DNA of 64,000 nucleotides from an uncultured delta proteobacterium (GCA_963843145.1 CAWJJC010000027.1:192001-256000); one strand, 5' to 3'; positions 50,301 to 61,792 are shown, numbered from the stretch's first letter. The notes: generated from the letters alone by a model not told the origin. Made by a program: numbers and translations.

Positions 50301-53076
50301 CATAACGCCCAACGCCGGTTATCAGTTGGCCACCTTGACTGACAACGGTGGAAACGTGTTCAGCTCGGTTAGCAACAACAGTTATACTATCTCGAATGTT
50401 ACGACCAATCATATAGTTATTGCCACCTTTGCCATTGGCACCTACACCCTGACTTACACCGCCGGGACCGGTGGAACGATTTCTGGCGCCCCGTACCTGA
50501 CGCAAACAGTCAGCTACGGAGCCGACGGCACAACCGTGACAGCGGTTTCCAACCCCGGCTACCACTTCCTAGGCTGGGATGACGGATCGACCGATAACCC
50601 GCGAACAGACATTAATGTGACAAGTAATATATCGGTCACGGCCAACTTCGCCATGAATGAACGGCCTAATGCCAACAGCCAGGATGTTGTCACGGATGAG
50701 AACGTACCTATATCGATCACCCTAAGTGCGGTCGACCTCTACAACCCCAGTCTCGCCTTTAGCATTTCCAGCTATCCTGCCAACGGCACTCTCAGCGCTA
50801 TCGGGTCTTCCTCATGTTCCACCGGAAGTTCAGGCTTCATCTGCACCGGTACTGTGATTTATACCCCAACCGCCAACTTCAACGGACACGATAGCTTTTC
50901 GTTCAAGGTTACTGAAGGAGTGCTGGAAAGCGATACGGCCGCGGTTTCGCTTTTAGTGAGGCCGGTAAATTCCGTACCGGTGGCCTTACCCCAAATATTG
51001 ACCACCGATAACTATTCCCAATTGTCGATTACCCTGTCAGGCAACGATCTGGAAACCACTCCTGGAAATCTGACCTTCACCGTCGTAACAGCCCCCGCTC
51101 ACGGGACACTGAGCGGCACGCCACCATCTGTGGTTTATACGCCGGACCCCACCTATAAAGGGCCTGACCCCTTCACTTTCACAGTGACCGACCGCGGCGA
51201 TCCGGATAACTGTGGGCCAGTAGGTCCTGCCTGTTCGGCGCCCAAGACCAGCGCTGAAGCGACGGTGTCGCTCACCATCACCGACGGCACCCCGCCTATG
51301 ACATCCATTACCAAGACCCCGGCGACGCTGAGCAACGATCCCAACCCCATCTTCGGCTTCACAGGTACTGATAACACTACGGCGACGGGAGACTTGGCCT
51401 TTGAGTGCAGCCTTGACAGCGCTGGCTTTTCTGTCTGCGGCAATCCTGGGTACCCTACGACCCAGTATCACGGTCTTGGGGAAGGTCTGCACACCTTCCT
51501 GGTACGCGCCAAGGATCAATCCGGTAATATGGACACCAACCCGCCCAGCTATAGTTGGACCATCGATACTTCGCCGCCGGACACGTTGATCGATACTAAT
51601 CCAGACCAACACGCCAAGAGCGCCACGGCGACCTTCACTTTCCATGCCACCGAGGGTAATAGTACCTTTTCCTGTACGCTTGATGGTGGATCGCCGGATA
51701 ACTGCGACAGCGGCAGCAAGGACTACAACAACCTGTTCGACGGTTCGCACACCTTCACGGTCGCCGCCAGGGACCAGGCGGGAAACGTTGATCCCTCTCC
51801 CGCCACCTATACCTGGACCATCGACACGACAGTCCCGGATACGGCCATTGACAGCCACCCGGCCGATCCGACCACCAATACCAGCGCGACCTTCACTTTC
51901 CACGGTTCTGACCCTTCCGGACAGGATACGTTCCAGTGCAGCCTGGATGAAGCGGCTTTCACCGCCTGCACCAGTGGGATTACTTACAATAACCTGGCCC
52001 TCGGGACCCATACCTTCCAGGTTAGGGCCACTGACCAGGCCGGCAACACGGATGCAAACCCGGCCGGCTACACCTGGACCATTGGCCAGGTCACTCTAGA
52101 CAACTACACCATTGACACGGATTTCAGTCGATTCGACGGGTTCGATGTGGTTTTTGCCAGGGGTTTCGGGTCTTCCTTGAAGCTCAACAGCACCAACCCG
52201 GACTCCTTCAACTATCAGATCAAACTGACCAACAACACCGGGAAGACAATAAGTCCGGCCAATGGGAATACGGCGACGGCCATCATCACCGTGCCCGGAC
52301 TGCCTCCCTCCTGCGGGGGTGTACCTTGTAATTCGAAGATGGGGCAACTCGGGGATCCGGCCTTCGTCATCAGGGGACAAAGGATCGTACACCTCTGGCC
52401 AGGCCATGACCGCGACTTTGACGACGACGATGATATGCCGGTCAGTGTGCAGTACATGACCCTGCCGCAATACCAATCCAACGGCAACAGTTGCACCGAC
52501 AGGGGCGGATACGGGGCCATTTTACCTTCCAATGGAGCGCCGAAGTGCATCAAGATCACCGGTTTTAACATTCCGGTGAAGCACTCGGCTCGGATCAGGC
52601 TGAACTTCCAATTCCGCCTTAAGGGCACAGACGGTTGGGATCCCCGGTCACAGCAGCTCTTCTTTGCCGGGTTTGTCTTCCAGGCCGCCACGTCGGTGAG
52701 CTTCGGAGCGAACATCCAAACAACTGCCGAATCCTCCGGATTGGTCGGCGCCGGCAGCAAGGCGACGGCTATCGGAGGTTATGCCTTTGACGCTTCAGGC
52801 GCACCGCTTACCGGTTATACGGTTCGGCTCTTTACGAAGATGGGCAACGCCTCCTGCACCAGCAATACCAAGCTGGTTGCCCAGGATCAAATTGACGAAA
52901 ATGGTTTCTATTATATCTGGCGTACGGGGACGAATCAGCATATCGTAGCGCCGAATCTGCCCTCAGGCATGCAGTACGCGGTCCAGCTCTGCAATGGATC
53001 TACCCCCATTGCCATCAAGACCATCGATAGCAGACTTTCCGATAAGGAATTTGAACAGGTGGACTTTGAGCAATAG
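38318..53076 (+). CDS. Giant (~4,900 aa) secreted multidomain surface protein/adhesin, split into 6 ORFs by indels
   Basis: Signal peptide (APSWA/Q); QQTSDGGYIVAG propeller repeats; delta-60-like QPDGKILIGG repeats; ASH/choice-of-anchor-D-like Ig; G/T/N-rich beta-helix repeats; InlB-B-like repeats (GYHFVNWSD); CHB_HEX_C-like YYTTD domains; cadherin/Big-like domains. Repeat units continue across each ORF break (~39880, ~46530, ~46910, ~49230, ~50140). Confidence 0.85.
42471..44420 (+). repeat. 807-bp near-identical tandem repeat (~2.4 copies) in the beta-helix region
   Basis: ACCATGAGCGGGCCCGGGACGACGAAC units start at ~42471, 43278 and 44085; antisense ORFs 42561 and 43368 are offset by 807. 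Confidence 0.9.
44856..50200 (+). repeat. ~1.55-kb higher-order tandem repeat (about 3 copies plus a partial copy)
   Basis: ACCTACACTCTAACCTACGCCGCCGGGTCCGG at 46407 and 47959 (offset 1552); the Cys-containing module starts at ~45760, 47312, 48866 and 49773. Confidence 0.85.
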
Positions 53077-53215
53077 GCGCACGACCAATGGCTGATCCTA
53101 AGTTAACTAATTCATAATTATCGACAAAGGGAGAAGACTTATGCCGAAAATTAAAAATACAATATTAAGGATGTTTAAAAATTGCTTAACCAACTTAAAA
53201 AGGGAGGTGTTACCC

Positions 53216-54070
53216 ATGGAAAAGAGTGAAAAAGCATGGTTTGGAATGTATGGTCTCTTGATAGCTTTGTCCATTATAGGCCTGAGTCTGATCTTGAGCC
53301 CCGGCTCAACGCAGGCGGCCGGTGTTAACTGCACAACAGGGATGTCCCAAAGCACCGACGTCGACAAAGATGGGTTTACTGATTACCAAGAGTGTTACGG
53401 ATTTAACCTGATAAATGGGACGCGCGCTTATGGTAAATCAGAAACCTGTCCTCCTGGAGGTATCTGCCTCGATCCGGACAACAAAGATCTGTTTGTCATC
53501 CTGGTACCGGCATTACCCAGTTACCTTCCCTTGAATCCCTTGCAGAATGTCTCTGACCCTGTTTCGGCGGGCGGCCTGGGAATAAATGTCCACCTGATCA
53601 CTCCATCCCAGGCCAATCCGGATCGGACGGTAACTACCGCTTCAACCCAGAAGGCTGTCATGATAACCGAGAGTCTGGATACGACCAGCCCTACCCTTCT
53701 CGGGTTTTCCAATACCGGAACTCCGGACAATCTGGACAACACAACTATTTATACACAGAGGATAATAAATTTCATCTCGACCACCTGCAATGGGGCGATC
53801 AGTTGCGCTGATTCAGTTACGGGCGCGAGGGGTGATGCCCTCGTTCAACAATATATGTTGCATATTATCAATCATGAAGTCGGACACGTGGTTGGTCCCC
53901 TTGCCCCGACCTACAATGCAACCTATGGCGGCTACCACTATAAAACGGCAAATAACGGATATATCATGGACCAGTCGATCTATTATACTTCAAAAGGCGG
54001 TAAGGTTGTTTTTTACATCGGGACGGGTTATACCGCTAAGGATCAGAGCTCAATCAAGTTGGTGCCCTGA
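53216..54070 (+). CDS. Secreted protein with Ca-binding DxDxDG motif and HEXXH zinc-metalloprotease motif
   Basis: GGAGGT RBS, signal/TM segment, DVDKDGFTDYQE, HIINHEVGH, downstream YIM (possible Met-turn). Confidence 0.65.
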   Translation: MEKSEKAWFGMYGLLIALSIIGLSLILSPGSTQAAGVNCTTGMSQSTDVDKDGFTDYQECYGFNLINGTRAYGKSETCPPGGICLDPDNKDLFVILVPALPSYLPLNPLQNVSDPVSAGGLGINVHLITPSQANPDRTVTTASTQKAVMITESLDTTSPTLLGFSNTGTPDNLDNTTIYTQRIINFISTTCNGAISCADSVTGARGDALVQQYMLHIINHEVGHVVGPLAPTYNATYGGYHYKTANNGYIMDQSIYYTSKGGKVVFYIGTGYTAKDQSSIKLVP

Positions 54071-54189
54071 TTTAGCCGTGACCATCCGTCGCTTGTTCCC
54101 TCTCTCCAGCCAAGGTTGGGACGGCTATTTATGGATAATGGATAAAGCCACTATATTGAATTAAATAATAACAAAGAAAGGAGAAGAAA

Positions 54190-54690
54190 ATGAAAAAGAG
54201 AACAGGTGTAATCAGTATCATGTTGTTGAGCGGATTAATTCTCTGGGCCGCACAGCCAGCCATGCTTTGTGCGGGAGGAGGAACATCAGAAGGTACTTTG
54301 TGGGATCCTTTCATAAATCTAACACCCCTTAACGGTATTGTCTTCATGCTAAACGGTACACTAAGCATCTCCTACGAGCCAGGACAGACCAGCCCTTCTT
54401 GCGGCGGCCAATACGTAGCGAACATGTTTTACACGGTTAGACTGAACAAAGACTCCAAAACGTACACGTTCAATGGGTCTACTGACGGAGTCTGCACTGG
54501 AGATATAGGGGTACCGGGGTCGGGGGGACAGGGCGACGTGATAATGGGTTTCCTGGGAAGTGCGGTTAGGTCGATTTTTCCGAATGCTAAGAACCCGAAG
54601 TGGAATTTGATATCGGTCAGCACTCCCTGGATATCACCACTTAGTGATGCCTTTGTGGCCGATATTTTCATTGAAGCCTTAAAGAAATAA
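54190..54690 (+). CDS. Secreted hypothetical protein
   Basis: AAGGAG RBS, N-terminal signal peptide, two Cys in the mature part; no recognised motif. Confidence 0.7.
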   Translation: MKKRTGVISIMLLSGLILWAAQPAMLCAGGGTSEGTLWDPFINLTPLNGIVFMLNGTLSISYEPGQTSPSCGGQYVANMFYTVRLNKDSKTYTFNGSTDGVCTGDIGVPGSGGQGDVIMGFLGSAVRSIFPNAKNPKWNLISVSTPWISPLSDAFVADIFIEALKK

Positions 54691-54849
54691 GAATTCAGCT
54701 AAAAAAAAGAGGTTGATGCGGGACGGAAAGGCCCTTTATTGTCCGGTGGGTCTTTCTGTGCCCAACCTTATCTCAATTTAGGTGCCAGCCACCTTATTGA
54801 TTAAACTTGTCGACATCACCTAATCTTTTCAATTTTCGTGCCTGTCACC

Positions 54850-55515
54850 ATGGCGAGAATACCGAGAATAGTTGCTTCAGGGCTTCCTCACCATATTTTG
54901 CAGCGGGGCAGCAGACGGCAGCAGACCTTTTTTTACGAAAAAGATTACTCGAATTTCATTGAAATTTTGGCCGAAAAGTGCAGGCGTCATGGGGTTGAAA
55001 TTTGGGTTTACTGCCTGATGCCCAACCACGTCCACCTGATTGCCGTTCCTCAAAACGAGAACGGGCTGCGAAAAGCCAAAGGAGAAGCCCACAAGCAATA
55101 CGCCGAAAAAGTCAACCAGCGAGAGGGCTGGCACGGTCACCTGTGGCAGGGTAGATTCTCGTCTTATGTGATGGATGAAAACCATCTGATAGTCGCCGCC
55201 CGTTATATTTCCATGAATCCAGTTCGGGCCAGGATCGTCAAATCCCCAGAGGAATACCCCTGGAGCAGCGCCCGCTCATACAAAACAGGAAGAGACGATT
55301 ATCTGGTTAGAGTGAAACCTCTTTTGGATATTATCGGCAATTGGGAGAATTTTATTGCCGGACCAATCACCCATAAGGATCTAACGATTATAAAGCGTCA
55401 CGAACGGACCGGTCGTCCCCTTGGAGACTCGCTTTTTCTCACCGAACTTGAAAACAGGCTGGATAAAATTATCCGTCCCGGCAAAAGAGGCCCCAAAAAA
55501 AAATGGAGGCCTTAA
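54850..55515 (+). CDS. REP-associated tyrosine transposase (RAYT, Y1 HUH family)
   Basis: PHHILQRG, YCLMPNHVHLI (HUH), HLWQGRF, YISMNPVRA, YPWSS; short palindrome AGGTGCCAGCCACCT upstream (54780-54794). Confidence 0.9.
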   Translation: MARIPRIVASGLPHHILQRGSRRQQTFFYEKDYSNFIEILAEKCRRHGVEIWVYCLMPNHVHLIAVPQNENGLRKAKGEAHKQYAEKVNQREGWHGHLWQGRFSSYVMDENHLIVAARYISMNPVRARIVKSPEEYPWSSARSYKTGRDDYLVRVKPLLDIIGNWENFIAGPITHKDLTIIKRHERTGRPLGDSLFLTELENRLDKIIRPGKRGPKKKWRP

Positions 55516-55552
55516 ACAAATTGACATCCTGTCCCGCTGCAGGCGAGGGGCC

Positions 55553-57245
55553 ATGCTGAAGACCCTCCCTATCCTTATCTCTCTCCTGGCACCCGCCCTA
55601 ACGGGAATCCTTCTGGCCCTGGCCTTTCCCAACTACCACCAGGGTCGGTTAGCCTGGGTGGCCTTCGTCCCTCTTCTTCTGGTTATCCGGAAGAAAAGAC
55701 CCTGGCCGGCCTTTTTTATGGGCTGGCTTTGCGGGGTAATTTTTTTCCTGGGTATCACCCCCTGGTGGATCAAAGAGTTTAAATTTGTAAGTCCCCTGGC
55801 CAGTGGACTCGGTTATCTCTATCTGGGCTTCTATTTCGGGCTTTTCGGGCTTTTCCTGAGTTGGTTCGACAGGAACCACCAGGTGTACTTACTTGGTTGC
55901 CGCCCTCTTTCTGGGTGGCCCTTGAGTACCTCCGCGCCAACCTATCCTTTCTGGCCTTTCCATGGGCGCTCCTCGGGCATACCCAGTACCAAAATCTCCC
56001 CATAATCCAAATGGCCTCATTCGCCGGAGTCTATGGAGTATCGTTTATAATTATACTAGTAAATGCAGCCCTGGCGGATCTATTGGTACAATTGTTCCCC
56101 CCTCACTCTATCACCCTCTCCACTCCGGGGTGTGGGCCCCTCCGGGCCGGAATCCGCCAAGGGAGAGAACGAGAAGGAGAAAGCTGGAAGGCTGGAAGAA
56201 TTGAAGGAGGGAATCTGGCGAGAACGGATTGTCTATAGAAAAAAGGCTATATACCGGCTGGCACGTCATGGTGATTGTTGCCGGGGTTTGGAATTGCGGG
56301 ATGGACGTCCTTACCTCCGGACCTTAAGGCAAACCCCTTAAGGGTGGCGGTGGTCCAGGGGAACATTCCGCAAAACTTAAAATGGAATCGGGAGTACCGG
56401 GAGCAGATTATTTCCCAGTATGAAAGGCTGACGGAAGAGGCGGAGAAGTCAGAACCGCAACTGATCGTCTGGCCCGAAACGGCCACCCCCGGATTCGTCC
56501 TGAACGATTTTTCTCTCTTAAGACGGATGGCCTCTCTGCTGGCCGGGGCCAAAGCCTACCTGCTTATCGGCAGCTCGGAGTACCCCAAATTTTCCGGGCC
56601 CCACTTCAAGCTCTCACTGAGTAAGGGGAATACCGCCTTGCTTTTCTCTCCCCAGGGCCGGGTCCTCGGCCAGTACCTGAAGATGCGCCTGGTGCCCTTT
56701 GGGGAGTATATCCCCTATAAAGACTTCATTCCTTGGCCCGATTTCATTGTCCAAAAGGGGAAAAGGACCTTCGATATCGCCGGGCGCGAAGTCACCCTCT
56801 TCCGGGTAGGCGGGGACCCGTTCGGCACCCTGATTTGCTGGGAGGTTTTGTTCCCCGATCTGACCCGGAATCTGGTAAAAAAGGGGGCGGGATTCGCGGT
56901 CAACCTGACCAACGAAGCCTGGTTTGGCAAGATCGCCTTTCCGCAGCAGATGCTTTCCTCCTGCGTCTTCCGGGCGGTGGAAAACAGAATCAACCTGGTG
57001 CGGTGCGCCAATACCGGCATTTCCTGCTTCATCGATCCTTACGGGCGAGTAACCAGTCAGGGTATCCAAGAATGGGCCAGGATAGCTTCGTCGAGGGGAC
57101 CCTGGCCCAAACGATTTATCTGGATCGGCCCGGAACTTTTTATACCCAATACGGCGATATTTTGGTATATCTATCCGCGGCTTTTACATTCATTATTTTG
57201 GTTTACTCCTTTTGGAAACCGAAGCACCGTGCCCAAGGTTCATAG
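55553..57245 (+). CDS. lnt: Second apolipoprotein N-acyltransferase paralog; at least 3 frameshifts and an internal REP-like insert
   Basis: LAWVAFVPLL, WVALEYLRA, FPWALLGHTQY, QGNI, IVWPETA, KMRLVPFGEY, LICWE, NLTNEAWFG, RCANTG, TFYTQYGD spread over ORFs 55421, 55861, 56275 and 56733. Confidence 0.82.
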
Positions 57246-57253
57246 GACTCATT

Positions 57254-57465
57254 ATAGGTGGTTTCGCGAAAAACGAATTGGTCATCGAGACTCCCTTAGT
57301 CGTCATCGTGAAACTAAGGATCTTAATACCTATTGATAAGCCGATATTTTTCATGGGGTTTTCCCTGAGCTAAAGACCAGATCCTTCGTTTCACTCAGGA
57401 TGACAGGCTGGCGAAGGGCTCAGAATGTCAAGCGCACTCCGACGGACTTTTTGCGAACCTATCAA
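57254..57465. mobile_element. MITE/REPIN-like element, same TIR family as 37247-37403
   Basis: Left GGTTTCGCGAAAAA, right GACTTTTTGCGAACCTATCAA; internal GTCATCGTGAAACTAAGGATCT...AGATCCTTCGTTTCACTCAGGATGAC palindrome. Confidence 0.65.
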
Positions 57466-57485
57466 TCATAAGACAGTCAAAAACA

Positions 57486-59894
57486 TTGAAAGTTCCCAAA
57501 CACCTTCCCCCAATATTATTTTACAGTTTCAGCGCCATAGCGATTTTGATCGCGGCGGCATGTTTTTACCTGGCTTTACCTGGATAGGTAAGCCCTTCTC
57601 AGGGGTATTGGTTTACAAGTTCCCCCATGTCGGTTCTTTCAATTGCCGGGACTGGTATTGTGTCCCAGCAGATCTTAAATTCATGGACACGGTCAAGACC
57701 GTGGACGGTAAAAAAGTCCGCACCGGCCGGGATGTGGTAAAGCTGGCCGAGACCAAAAATGTGGGCACGCCCATCCTTTTTTACATTAATTCCAAAGGGG
57801 TGTCCCGGAGCACAACCCTTTAGGTACAATTGTTTTCCTTGGGGGATTTCCTGTTGATCTTCATCGTCCCCCTCATCGGCGGGCTGATCTTTTATACACT
57901 CGGCTTTGTGGTCTATCTCCTCAAACCCAATACCCGCACCAGTTGGGTATTTTTCTTTTCCAGCACTATCATTGGTTTTTACACCGTCAGCGGGTTCGAG
58001 ATCCAATCCACCTACTTTTTCGTCAACCTGCACTATTTCATCATCCCCTTCATGCCGGCCTCCCTTTTTCATATCGGCACCATCTTTCCTGAGAAGAAAC
58101 AACTCCTGGTCCGCTATCCCTGGCTGGAATATGTGATCTATGCTCCGGCTCTGTTTTTGGCCATCGGATACCAACTATACCTGTTCACCTTTTCCTGGGA
58201 CAACCCGCCGGCCTGGATCCCTCATATTTCCCAGATAACCAATGTCAACCGAACTTTTACCCTTTCATGCGTGGCCGGTTTGGCCATACTGATTATCCAT
58301 TCCCTGTTTAAGGCGTCGACCGTCATCGCCCGCCAGCGGGCCCGCCTGATTTTAATCGGAATAACCATCGCCTTTCTGGCCCCGGCACTGATCATGCTGG
58401 CCGTCAATTTCTTCAAGATCGATTTCCCCTGGAACTTCCTGGTATTTTTCACTACTTTTTTCCCAGCCTCCATCGCCTATTCCATCATTCGCCACAATCT
58501 ATTTGATGCCGACGCCCTGATCAAACGCACCCTGGGCTACGCCATCATGACCATCATCCTGGTCGGAACCTACGCCTTGATAAGTTTGGGGCTCAATTTC
58601 TTTCTGGGACAATACCAGATCGCCCAATCTCAGGCCTTTCCCGTATTGTTCACCCTGGTCTTTATCCTGATCTTCAACCCCCTACGCGAACAGTATTCAG
58701 GATCTGGTTGACCGGCTCTTTTTCCGCAAGGAGTACGACGCCAAGCAGATCATCGATCGCCTGGGCTCGGCCATGACCTCGCTGATGGACCTGCCGCAGA
58801 TCCTGCGGCAGTTGGTGACTACTTTTTCCCAGGACATGTTTATCGATAACAGCGCCGTATTACTATTGGATAATTCCGGAACTGCTTACCAGGTCCGTCT
58901 TTCCGAAGGGGATAAACGTTTTCGGATGGAAGGGATTAGTTTTCAAAAAGATGAAGCTCTGCCCCAGATCATCGAAAAAGAAAAAAAGGAAATCACCAAA
59001 TACGACGTCCTGGAAGACCCGAAATATAAAGACATCTGCCTGGACTGTGCCCAGAATTTCTCCACCCTCTATGCCAGCCTGATCATCCCCATGGTCCTGC
59101 GGGGAGAGGTCATCGGATTTCTAAGTCTGGGCGACAAGAAATCAGGAAAATTCTACAACCGGGAGGATATCGACCTGCTGCGGACCCTGGCCGGTCAGGG
59201 GGCCGTGGCCATCGAGAATGCCCGGATGGCGGAGCAGATGAAGAACGAGGAGGCGGTCCGGGCCAACCTGGCCCGCTACCTGTCCCCCCAGATCGTGGAC
59301 CAGATCATCAAGAACGACGTCCAGGTCAACCTGGGCGGTGACCGCAAGGAGGTTACCGTCCTGTTCAGCGATATCCGGAACTTTACCTCCATCAGCGAGT
59401 CCATGAATCCGGACGAACTGGTGAGTTTTCTCAATGAATACTTCACCGAGATGGCCCGAATCATTTTCGAAAATCAGGGGTCGCTCGACAAGTACATCGG
59501 CGACGCCATCGTGGCCGTCTTCGGCAGCCTTATCCCCCTGGAAAACTCGGCCGAGGCCGCGGTCAAGGCTTCGATCGAGATGATGCGGGAAATGGTCCGT
59601 CTGAACGAAAAATGGAAAAACCAGTACGGATTTAATATGGAGATGGGCATCGGGGTCAACACCGGGGAGGTCTTCCTGGGCAACATCGGCTCCCCAGATC
59701 GGATGGAGTTTACCGTCATCGGGGACACAGTCAACACCGCCTCCCGCTTTTCCGGCTTGGCCAGAGGGCGGCAGATTCTGGCTACCCGACCGGCTTGGGA
59801 ACGGTTGGGTTCGGAATTTGAGGTATCCCAACTTCCCTCCACGCGGGTTAAAGGGAAAGCCGAAGAAGTGGAAGTTTTTGAAGTGATCTATTGA
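57486..59894 (+). CDS. Membrane sensor (PDZ-like + multi-TM + GAF) class III adenylate cyclase; ~3 frameshifts
   Basis: N-terminal TM then WIGKPFSG, D.V..VDG PDZ-like; TM block ending YSIIRHNLFDAD; GAF (LGDKKSGKFYNREDIDLL); VTVLFSDIRNFT, KYIGDAIVAVF, GDTVNTASR. Confidence 0.82.
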
Positions 59895-60611
59895 AAATTA
59901 CACATCAGGTTAAGGAGGATCTAAATGCGGCAACCGTTAATGATGCCGCCCCTTCACCCGCGGCCGTTACCCGCCCTATCCCATCCGAATGGACGTCCTT
60001 AAACACGCTGGTATACTTTTTAACCAAATCCTTCTGCCGTCTAGTTTTCAAATTCCTTTATCAAATCAGGGTGGAAATGGAAAAGGATTTGAAAGAACTT
60101 CAGTCTTCTTCGGTAGTTATACTTCCTAAACATCAAGATTGGACTGATATCCCTTTGTTGATGCTATCGTTCCCTTTCCCTGTTCAATTCGTTGCCAAAC
60201 ACGAACTTTTTCAAAATGGAACCATGAGAGCTTATCTTTCAGCAGGAGGCACCATACCGTTGGACCGCACCCATCCGACCCGGACGCTCAATGGCCTTAA
60301 ATACCTTTTTGCCCGGTTAAAAACAAATGGCAAAATTGTCCTGTTCCCTGAAGGCACCTATTTTAAAGATTTCGTCGGACCGGGAAAGACTCGCTTGATT
60401 CAAATGGTTTTAACCTTTCAATCGGGAGCAAGAATCCCAATCCTTTTTTTGCCCGTCGGGATACGATATGAAGGGAAAGGTGTTCTGGAGAAAGAAACTA
60501 ACTATTCGGACGGGCTCACCGCTATTAGCACGGGAAAGATCAGAAGCGCCGGATCTGACTCGTCGGGCAATGCAGGAGATGAGCCGTTTAAGCCAATTAC
60601 CTCAGGGTTGA
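59891..60611 (+). CDS. 1-acyl-sn-glycerol-3-phosphate acyltransferase (PlsC-like); probable frameshift near 60478
   Basis: KHQDWTD (HxxxxD), FVAKHELF, LFPEGT; a more plausible tail FWRKKLTIRTGSPL...MQEMSRLS* lies in a shifted frame. Confidence 0.8.
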
Positions 60612-60700
60612 AAATTTCCTCCAAGGCTTAGAATAGGACCCTCTAGAGGTGATCATTTATCGTTTTGCCCGGGACCGTATGGGTGCGCAATTCGAAGTCC

Positions 60701-61625
60701 AAGTTATTGTCAAATGTTGTGTATGGGCTTAGGCGGCGATCCGTTGTTCAACAATCCCATCCACAAATTTTACCCCTTTAATAATTTCTCCGAGGCGCTC
60801 CGGGTGGTATAACCGAATCCACCTTTTCTGAGCACAACGGCATAACTGGAAGGCCATCGTTACGACCGTCAAGGCCGAGAAGCAGTTCCTGGCTTTTACC
60901 GTTCTCAATCGGACTGTGGCAAAGGTCGATTCGATCGGATTGCTGGTCCGAATGTGCCTCCAATGCTCCGCCGGAAAATCATAAAAAGTTAACAAGGCTT
61001 CCCGGTCCTTTTCCAGGCAGGCCACGGCTTGGGGGTATTTGGCTTCATAGGTCTGGATAAAGGCATCAAAGTTTTTAACGGCTTCGGCCTTGTTTGGGGC
61101 CATCCAGATCTGCTGCAATTTGGCCTTAGCCTTCGCCTGCAGGCCCTTGGGCAGCTTGTTGAGCACGTTGGCGGTCTTATGGACCCAACAGCGCTGCCAG
61201 CGGGTAGTATCGTAAGCCTTGGCCAGGGCCTTCCAAAAGCCCAAGGCACCGTCGCCGATGCCTAACATCGGGGGAGTCTTCAGTCCCCGGCGTTTCAAAT
61301 CCAGCAGCACCTCCAGCCAGGATTGCTCGCTTTCCCGAATGCCCCCTTCGAGGGCCACCAGTTCCTTATGGCCGTCTTCTGTGGCCCCGATGATGACCAG
61401 CAGGCATTGCCGGTCATCCATGCGCACATTGCAATAAATGCCGTCAGCCCAGAAGTAGACGTAGCGTTTCTTGGACAGGTCCCGCTGTTGCCACTGCCGA
61501 TAATCATCCTGCCAAACGGTCTTTAAACGGCTGATGGTGGCCGGCGAAAGACCGGGAGCATCTTTGCCCAACAGAGCAGCCAGCGGTTCGGTAAAGTCAC
61601 CCGTTGAAATCCCTTTTAAATACAA
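60701..61625 (-). mobile_element. 5'-truncated IS256-family element (transposase 60729-61625 plus right TIR)
   Basis: YLKGISTGDF, WADG, IGDGALGFW, QRCWVHK, RTSNPIES. TIR-like AAGTTATTGTCAAATGTTGTGTA at 60701-60723. The N-terminal ~120 aa and the left TIR are absent. Confidence 0.88.
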
Positions 61626-61665
61626 CTTTTAATCTGAACCGGTTTTGAAGCTGGATTCCAAAAAG

Positions 61666-61792
61666 TTAAGCCTCGCCCCCCGTTCCAGCTCCCATCGCCT
61701 TGTTCTCTAGCCAATCGATCTCGATCATCCCCTTTAGCCTTTCAAATTCGGGATCCCCGGTAACGACCTGGGCCTTTTCTAAAGCAATTATA
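61666..61792 (-). pseudogene. C-terminal remnant of a PIN/VapC toxin
   Basis: Manual translation ALEKAQVVTGDPEFERLKGMIEIDWL, typical of a VapC C-terminus. Confidence 0.55.

Noticed and set aside
38318-53076. Programmed frameshifting or phase variation of the giant gene
   Set aside because: Breaks are at different relative positions in homologous repeat copies, lack consistent slippery motifs and match the window-wide indel noise.
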